Source of the DNA: a virus
Lineage: Duplodnaviria > Heunggongvirae > Uroviricota > Caudoviricetes
DNA: 4,305 bases
IMG/VR virus record: IMGVR_UViG_2531839207_000033
Strand: one strand, 5' to 3'
Shown one piece after another: positions 1 to 4,305 of the stretch (the first letter of the stretch is position 1; each line of letters begins with the position of its first letter). Below the pieces are notes generated by a model. The model was not told the DNA's origin, did no database searches, and saw only the letters and a list, made by a program, of their open reading frames with translations. A program made the position numbers and the translations under genes.

Positions 1-100
1 TATTCTGCCGTTATGGAATACTGACATTGATTCACGGCCTGGCTTAACGATAACCAGACTGAGTTCCGGTACCAGAACAGGTCGAAGTAATACCCGCACG

Positions 101-373
101 TTACCTCCAGATGCGTTGCTGATATGTGCGGGACGGACGCGGCGGGCGTTCGGAATAAGGGAGCCTGACGGAAATTATCCAGCGTCGGAAGTCAGGACTG
201 AGGCCTTTCTGAAACTGGTATCCACGTCTGCGGTAATTCTGAATCAGCCACTCGGCCTGTTCTTCAGTGCATTGGTCATGCTGGTACCAGTCATATTTGA
301 ATGCGTGAGAGCGCCGTCCGTGTCTGCTGGCAGGGTCGGCATCAGAATTGTGGTGTTTGGTATTGTGCGCCAT
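101..373 (-). CDS. Small basic hypothetical protein (about 90 aa from the ATG at 373; the listed 117-aa ORF begins at a TTG at 454 that overlaps the terminator T-tract)
   Basis: Minus-strand ORF 101..454 is open throughout; the first in-frame ATG is at 373..371 (MAHNTKHH...). The composition is protein-like (W/Y/D/E/H/Q rich, e.g. KYDWYQHDQCTEEQAEWLIQNYRRRGYQFQ), whereas the overlapping plus-strand frame (open 2..487) is R/V/G/A/S-rich, typical of an antisense frame. No family recognised. Only a weak Shine-Dalgarno (GAGA) precedes the ATG. Confidence 0.4.
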   Translation of the reverse strand: MAHNTKHHNSDADPASRHGRRSHAFKYDWYQHDQCTEEQAEWLIQNYRRRGYQFQKGLSPDFRRWIISVRLPYSERPPRPSRTYQQRIWR

Positions 374-445
374 CGGTTGTCTCTGCTGGCGCAGCAGGTG
401 CCAGTTGTTCAGGCTGGCGTGTGGATTGTAAACCAGAATGCCAGG

Positions 446-471
446 AAAAAACAAAACCCGCGAAGCGGGTT
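446..471 (-). terminator. Rho-independent terminator of the restriction-modification operon
   Basis: Plus strand 455..471 is AACCCGC-GAA-GCGGGTT, a perfect 7-bp stem with a 3-nt loop. Read on the minus strand the hairpin is followed directly by TTGTTTTTT (454..446). It lies 72 nt downstream of the endonuclease stop at 544. There is no T-run after it on the plus strand, so it is orientation-specific for minus-strand transcripts. Confidence 0.6.
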
Positions 472-543
472 AGTAAAAATGTACTGAAGTCAATGACGTG
501 CCATCACAGTTAAAATATGACAGACTCTATTTACGTAGAGATG

Positions 544-1422
544 TCAGACTGCAAGATCCAAGGGAAGATCAGAAATATCCTTTAATCTTTTACCATTAAC
601 CATCACGGAAAGCATGTCAGCTGCATCGCTGAGCCCCAGTATTTCAACTGCTGATATAAGTTCATAAAGCGCAAAATGATACACGCAATCTATATCACCA
701 GTACCAAGAGCAATAGACGCCAGACGACTTGGAGTAGGCTCAGCAGTAACAACCATTACATGAGGGAGATTTCCCTTACGGTTGCGAATAAGATTTAATG
801 CCTCAGAACGAGCATTCTGGGCCCGGTCGCTTCTTATTGTCCATTTGCAGGAAATACTTGCGTGTAATATTGGTTTCCCACCATTCGAACTCCTGAGAGC
901 TGACATGCGGGTAACAGAATCATCCACCAGTAATTCAGGACTGTTGATAACTTGATCACATTCAGGTTCTCTTTCAACAATAATATCTGGTGAAATCGTA
1001 TAATCACTCCCCAGTGCAGCAGCTAGCTGAGGATTACTTTTTGCAGCACTATCCAATGCTATAAGATGGGCATATTGTTCATATTTAGCTATCTCTAATC
1101 TGTTTCTACCAGAAACCTGATGTACATTCCATTTTCCAGGGCGTAAGTGGCTGAGTTTAAAAAAGGTTTTTTCTATAAACTCTGCGCAGATACTCTCAAA
1201 CTGATTACCAGATGTTTGCCCTGCAACACGTTCACCAATCGTTTCAGCCTGCAAGAAGCGAGCAATTTCTCTTGCTATAGCTTTACTGTTTTTGTTACTG
1301 CTATCTGCGTTACTAACAACTCCGGCAGTATTAATTGTGAGCGTATTCAGTAACAATTGGGCATGAAACTCCTTTCTGGCTTCAGCAAAACCAACTATGC
1401 TGTCAACCAAATCTCCATTCAT
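544..1422 (-). CDS. Type II restriction endonuclease, NgoMIV family (PD-(D/E)XK variant, CCGG-core recognising); 292 aa from the ATG at 1422
   Basis: Contains ...HASISCKWTIRSDRAQNARSE..., i.e. the S-x-K...E catalytic arrangement and the R-x-D-R CCGG-recognition motif of the NgoMIV/Cfr10I/Bse634I family, plus an upstream SPD acidic residue. Numbered from the ATG at 1422, the residues E76, D146, K193, R197, D199, R200, E207, and also D40 and R233, all sit exactly 6 positions after the NgoMIV residues as I recall them from the literature (E70, D140, K187, R191, D193, R194, E201, D34, R227). The ATG at 1422 is preceded by AGGA at 9-nt spacing and sits 13 nt after the methyltransferase stop. The ORF is also open for 45 codons further upstream (to 1557), overlapping the methyltransferase 3' end; that extension is judged non-coding. 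Confidence 0.85.
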   Translation of the reverse strand: MNGDLVDSIVGFAEARKEFHAQLLLNTLTINTAGVVSNADSSNKNSKAIAREIARFLQAETIGERVAGQTSGNQFESICAEFIEKTFFKLSHLRPGKWNVHQVSGRNRLEIAKYEQYAHLIALDSAAKSNPQLAAALGSDYTISPDIIVEREPECDQVINSPELLVDDSVTRMSALRSSNGGKPILHASISCKWTIRSDRAQNARSEALNLIRNRKGNLPHVMVVTAEPTPSRLASIALGTGDIDCVYHFALYELISAVEILGLSDAADMLSVMVNGKRLKDISDLPLDLAV

Positions 1423-1435
1423 TTCTGGATTTCCT

Positions 1436-2560
1436 TCAGGCTGCTTGACTATTCTTACTGATGTTATTCTTATACCGTCCCTGCAAAACTCCATACACAT
1501 ATTGTGCGATTTTTGCCGCAAATAGCGGTGGAACAGCATTCCCGATCTGCTTTGCAATCTCAGTTTTTGAACCGGTAAAAATGAAATTATCAGGAAAAGA
1601 CATTAATCTCGCTGCCTCACGATGAGTTATTGGCCGATCCTCTTCCGGATGTAAATATCGCCCTTTCTCCGGTTTGAAAAACTCAGTACGAATCGTTACT
1701 GAAGGTCTGTCCCACCACAGACGTCCAAACAAATCGGTCCCTCCAGATTTCTTTTTTAGCCAGCACGCCGGGGTTATATCAGGTCTTTTTTTCTGTAAAT
1801 CGAAACGGTTACCTCCTGGTGGAACCGCTTTATATCGCTCCAGAGAAACAGGTGTGGGATTACGCCCAAAATGTAAGTTCAGCGGAGGAAGTTCATTACG
1901 AATATCAGCTCCAACAGGAGCAGGTAAGTCACCAATTGCATCACGCGTACAGACCCATTCAGGCAAAGCGACATCCTTATCAGGGGAACGATGCGTTGGT
2001 GCTGGCGGGAACGCCGGAATACTATGCACATCGAAGAGTTCTCGTTTGATACCGATTGCTATCGTTCGTTTTCTTGTCTGAGGTACTCCATAGTCAGCAG
2101 TATTCAACACCATTGGATTAAGCAGAATAAAGCCCATGGATTTCGCTCTAAACGTAATGTCCGCAAACTCATCGCTTATCAGCAATCCGGGGACATTTTC
2201 CATGACGAACATACAAGCCCTTGAACGCTCAATGACATCCATATAAGGCTCCCACAATGCTCTTCGGTGATCACCATAACGATTCTTATTCAATAAACTG
2301 AATCCCTGACACGGGGGGCCACCTATGACCACATCAGCCTCAGGAACAGTATTGCTGGATGCCCACTCCTCAATATTTGCCTGAACTCCATGCAAACCAA
2401 AATTGGCATTGTAGGTATTTATAGCTGCAGCATTATTATCAATAGCAAGGATACTTTCAAAGTAGTCAGACATCTCTCCATGAAGAAAACCATAAGATAA
2501 TCCACCTGCCCCACAAAAGAGGTCTATCACTCTGAATTTATTTAATTCTTTCATCCGCAT
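1436..2560 (-). CDS. DNA (cytosine-5)-methyltransferase, the modification subunit of the Type II system; 374 aa
   Basis: Canonical m5C methyltransferase motifs in the right order: motif I DLFCGAGGLSYGF (AdoMet binding), motif IV GGPPCQGFS (catalytic Pro-Cys), motif VI FVMENVPGLL, motif VIII GVPQTRKRTIAIG, and C-terminal motif X QIGNAVPPLFA, with a long variable target-recognition region between VIII and X. The ATG at 2560 is preceded by GAGG at about 7-nt spacing. Motif I starts near residue 13, so there is no N-terminal regulatory extension. Confidence 0.9.
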   Translation of the reverse strand: MRMKELNKFRVIDLFCGAGGLSYGFLHGEMSDYFESILAIDNNAAAINTYNANFGLHGVQANIEEWASSNTVPEADVVIGGPPCQGFSLLNKNRYGDHRRALWEPYMDVIERSRACMFVMENVPGLLISDEFADITFRAKSMGFILLNPMVLNTADYGVPQTRKRTIAIGIKRELFDVHSIPAFPPAPTHRSPDKDVALPEWVCTRDAIGDLPAPVGADIRNELPPLNLHFGRNPTPVSLERYKAVPPGGNRFDLQKKRPDITPACWLKKKSGGTDLFGRLWWDRPSVTIRTEFFKPEKGRYLHPEEDRPITHREAARLMSFPDNFIFTGSKTEIAKQIGNAVPPLFAAKIAQYVYGVLQGRYKNNISKNSQAA

Positions 2561-2643
2561 CCATATGCCTCAGATTAATGTTGAGCGTCTTACAGGACGC
2601 GTAATGTTAACTGGGGCTTTCTCTATCTGCCTTTTGGTGTTCA

Positions 2644-2668
2644 TGCCTGAGGCAGACAGCCTCAGGCA
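2644..2668. promoter_or_regulatory. Perfect 10-bp inverted repeat (TGCCTGAGGC-agaca-GCCTCAGGCA): candidate operator or 5'-UTR stem-loop of the restriction-modification transcript
   Basis: Read directly from the sequence: arms 2644..2653 and 2659..2668 are exact reverse complements with a 5-nt spacer. It lies 2-4 nt downstream of the predicted transcription start of the promoter at 2678..2706. No flanking T-tract on either strand, so it is not a canonical intrinsic terminator. Confidence 0.5.
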
Positions 2669-2677
2669 CCCGCAGCA

Positions 2678-2706
2678 ATTCTACTTAACTCACGTCACCT
2701 CGCCAA
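2678..2706 (-). promoter_or_regulatory. Putative sigma70 promoter for the methyltransferase-endonuclease operon
   Basis: On the minus strand: -35 TTGGCG (2706..2701), a 17-nt spacer, then -10 TAGAAT (2683..2678). The predicted transcription start is near 2670, about 110 nt upstream of the methyltransferase ATG. It lies in the 178-bp gap between the queH-like stop (2739) and the methyltransferase start (2560). Predicted by eye only. Confidence 0.4.
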
Positions 2707-2738
2707 TATGAAATCAATCAGAAAGGTGATCCATAAAA

Positions 2739-3425
2739 TCACTCCTTCTCTTCTTTTCCGTAGTGGAGTTGGCCAATTTTGATAAGAGGGCGTCCCTGAG
2801 ATTTGCGGTGTAGATTGGTATCGCGCAGAGAATACACACAGCCACAATATTCCTGCTGATAGAATTTTTCGCGCTTGCTGATTTCAATCATACGGGACGA
2901 GCCGCCCTGCTTGCGCCAGTTATAATCCCAGTACACCATACCCGGATAATGCGCAACAGCTCGCCGCCCACACTCGTTAACCTGCTGCATATTTTTCCAG
3001 CGTGAAATGCCCAGTGAACTGCTGATCACACTGAAACCATTTTCAGCAGCGTACAACGCTGTCCGCTCAAAACGCATGTCAAAACACATGGTACAACGGA
3101 TCCCCCTCTCAGGCTCCCATTCCATTCCTTTGGCACGTTCAAACCAGTTGTCGGTGTCGTAATCAGCATCGATAAACGGCACGCCGTGTTGTTCAGCAAA
3201 GCGAATATTTTCATCCTTACGAATTAAATACTCTTTCTGAGGATGAATGTTCGGGTTGTAGAAAAAGATGGTGTAGTCGATTCCCGAGGCCTGAAGCGCC
3301 TCCATCACTTCACCGGAACATGGAGCACAGCAAGAGTGCAGTAGTAGTTTGTTTGCCCCGTTTGGGAGCTCCAATTTAGGCCGTTTGAAATCAGCAATAG
3401 TCATAAATATTTTTATTGGGGTCAT
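2739..3425 (-). CDS. queH: QueH-family (DUF208) epoxyqueuosine reductase-like iron-sulfur protein; 228 aa from the ATG at 3425 (alternative ATG at 3404 gives 221 aa)
   Basis: N-terminal [12 protein letters not shown] motif followed by FYNPNIHP, then [10 protein letters not shown] and EYCGCVYS. I recognise this Cys-rich pattern as the hallmark of the DUF208/QueH family (the non-cobalamin epoxyqueuosine reductase). The ORF is intact. Neither candidate ATG has a strong Shine-Dalgarno sequence. The assignment is from memory of family motifs, not a search. Confidence 0.65.
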   Translation of the reverse strand: MTPIKIFMTIADFKRPKLELPNGANKLLLHSCCAPCSGEVMEALQASGIDYTIFFYNPNIHPQKEYLIRKDENIRFAEQHGVPFIDADYDTDNWFERAKGMEWEPERGIRCTMCFDMRFERTALYAAENGFSVISSSLGISRWKNMQQVNECGRRAVAHYPGMVYWDYNWRKQGGSSRMIEISKREKFYQQEYCGCVYSLRDTNLHRKSQGRPLIKIGQLHYGKEEKE

Positions 3426-3578
3426 GAAAATAGCACAGAGTGTAGCATCAGAGCAGGGCTATCGGGAATATATGTCTAAATCTGGTAATATCTGGTTTTG
3501 ACGCAAAGCGGACAACCACGCTGGCTCTACCCTGCGCCATGAAAATGTCAATTCACATCTGAACTAATGCTCTTTAAT

Positions 3579-4004
3579 CTAGTAACGTCTAAAATACCTA
3601 ACATTTCCTTGATAAAATGCCAGTACACGCTGCATAGCTTCGCTCTTCCGGCACTCGCGACAGATTATATTCAGGCGCCTGTCGTAGCGGCGTATTTCGC
3701 CGTCTGGTAACGACCAGATAAGGTCCGGATCAACCACAACCGGTTTCTTCAGTTTTGCCCTCGATAGTTTTTTGCGGGCATTTTGCCAGTCCTTACGAGC
3801 CTGTTCAGACGGGAATAACCCGTAACCAGAGTTGTATACATCGCCACTGACAACCAGCTCTCTGGTGAGAACGCTCATCAGATATCTTGTCGCACCTGTC
3901 TTGGCTTCCAGTTGCCGCAACGTCTCGCGACCGCTCAGACGTACAAGTTCAACAACCTGCCCTTTAATTTTTTCCCGCTCTTCTTGTGTAAATGCTTTTG
4001 CCAT
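3579..4004 (-). CDS. Hypothetical protein with a probable N-terminal winged-helix DNA-binding fold; 141 aa from the ATG at 4004
   Basis: The listed ORF starts at a TTG at 4019, but the in-frame ATG at 4004 (MAKAFTQEEREKI...) is preceded by GGAGG at about 6-nt spacing. The N-terminal segment KIKGQVVELVRLSGRETLRQLEAKTGATRYLMSVLTRELVVSGDV has a helix-turn-helix-plus-wing pattern. The C-terminal part contains CRECRK. No family confidently recognised. Confidence 0.5.
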   Translation of the reverse strand: MAKAFTQEEREKIKGQVVELVRLSGRETLRQLEAKTGATRYLMSVLTRELVVSGDVYNSGYGLFPSEQARKDWQNARKKLSRAKLKKPVVVDPDLIWSLPDGEIRRYDRRLNIICRECRKSEAMQRVLAFYQGNVRYFRRY

Positions 4005-4019
4005 AAGCGCCTCCGGCAA

Positions 4020-4305
4020 TCACTTTTCCGATACAACACGGCGGGAAGAATCAGTAATCTGTCGAACAATATCCCGGTGCTTGTTCAGCTCCCGCAGCGC
4101 GGCGCAGACTCGCTCCCACTTCTGAACCTGACCTTTTGCCCGGCGCAGCTCGCGGTTAGCCACATGCAGCGATGGTAAAATCAGCCCATCCGGATGCTTT
4201 CTGGTGAACAACGGCTGTGACTGCACTGTGACCGCCACACTTTCAGTTTTTATTTCTTCCTGTGTCGTCGTTTCCTGGACTGGTAACGCAACACCTGTTG
4301 GCTGA
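4020..4305 (-). CDS. 3' part of a hypothetical protein gene that starts beyond the right edge of the window (partial)
   Basis: The listed 72-aa ORF begins at a GTG at 4238, but the same frame stays open with no stop to the window edge (upstream in-frame translation QPTGVALPVQETTTQEEIKTES...). The stop TGA at 4022..4020 lies 15 nt before the ATG of the next gene, suggesting an operon. Function unknown. Confidence 0.4.
   Translation of the reverse strand, partial: QPTGVALPVQETTTQEEIKTESVAVTVQSQPLFTRKHPDGLILPSLHVANRELRRAKGQVQKWERVCAALRELNKHRDIVRQITDSSRRVVSEK

Noticed and set aside
1-27. Possible start of another minus-strand gene (ATG at 27..25, MSVFHNGRI...) running off the left edge
   Set aside because: Only 9 codons visible, with a weak ribosome-binding site; it cannot be supported from this window.
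2-487. Long plus-strand open frame (listed as 116..487, 123 aa, but open from the left window edge)
   Set aside because: R/V/G/A/S-rich, low-complexity translation typical of an antisense frame; it contains the minus-strand terminator hairpin internally. The overlapping minus-strand ORF is more protein-like. Not excluded, hence also flagged as a finding.
301-513. Plus-strand 70-aa ORF
   Set aside because: Overlaps the terminator and the better minus-strand ORF; no ribosome-binding site; Cys/Arg-rich composition that looks spurious.
1147-2224. Plus-strand ORFs 1147..1353, 1674..2081, 1819..2049 and 1991..2224
   Set aside because: All lie antisense inside the well-supported endonuclease and methyltransferase genes; these are shadow ORFs.
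2644-2668. The perfect palindrome read as a rho-independent terminator for queH
   Set aside because: No T-tract follows the stem on either strand; its position just after the predicted -10 fits an operator or leader structure better.
494-2697. Inverted 7-mer match (tgacgtg at 494..500, cacgtca at 2691..2697) near both cassette junctions, considered as terminal inverted repeats
   Set aside because: Only 7 bp, and the flanking bases do not extend the match; compatible with chance.
3026-3214. Minus-strand 62-aa ORF inside queH in another frame
   Set aside because: Fully nested in the queH coding region; alternative-frame artefact.
3426-3578. Promoter for queH in the 153-bp spacer (perfect TTGACA at 3548..3543 on the minus strand; extended -10-like TGCTACACT nearer the start)
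   Set aside because: The perfect -35 lacks a matching -10 at 16-18 nt spacing, and the TACACT candidate lacks a -35. Too ambiguous to annotate.
3832-4178. Plus-strand ORFs 3832..4125 and 3912..4178
   Set aside because: Antisense to the two upstream minus-strand genes; Ser/Arg/Leu-rich with no recognisable features.
1-4305. Absence of any GCCGGC site in the window as evidence of restriction-site avoidance
   Set aside because: Only about one occurrence is expected in 4.3 kb, so zero is not significant. CCGG tetramers are not depleted inside the cassette (about five occurrences).
1-4305. tRNA or rRNA genes, CRISPR arrays, IS elements, integrase
   Set aside because: No cloverleaf-compatible region, no regularly spaced direct repeats, no transposase- or integrase-like ORF, and no long terminal inverted repeats were seen.

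Overview
All credible genes in this 4.3 kb window lie on the minus strand. The centrepiece is a complete two-gene Type II restriction-modification operon: a C5-cytosine DNA methyltransferase (1436..2560) followed 13 nt later by an NgoMIV-family restriction endonuclease (544..1422), ending in a hairpin plus T-tract terminator (446..471). This cassette is AT-richer (about 32-48% GC in hand-counted 60-nt samples) than both flanks (about 50-60%), which suggests horizontal acquisition. Immediately upstream and co-oriented is a QueH-family (DUF208) epoxyqueuosine-reductase-like gene (2739..3425). The 178-bp spacer between queH and the methyltransferase holds a good sigma70-like promoter and, just downstream of the predicted transcription start, a perfect 10-bp inverted repeat whose 7-mer core recurs over the methyltransferase ribosome-binding site. 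Further upstream are two tightly linked genes of unknown function (a winged-helix-like 141-aa protein, and a partial ORF running off the right edge). Downstream of the terminator is a small basic 90-aa ORF. No tRNA, rRNA, CRISPR array, IS element or integrase was seen. All family assignments come from motif recognition by eye; no database search was run.
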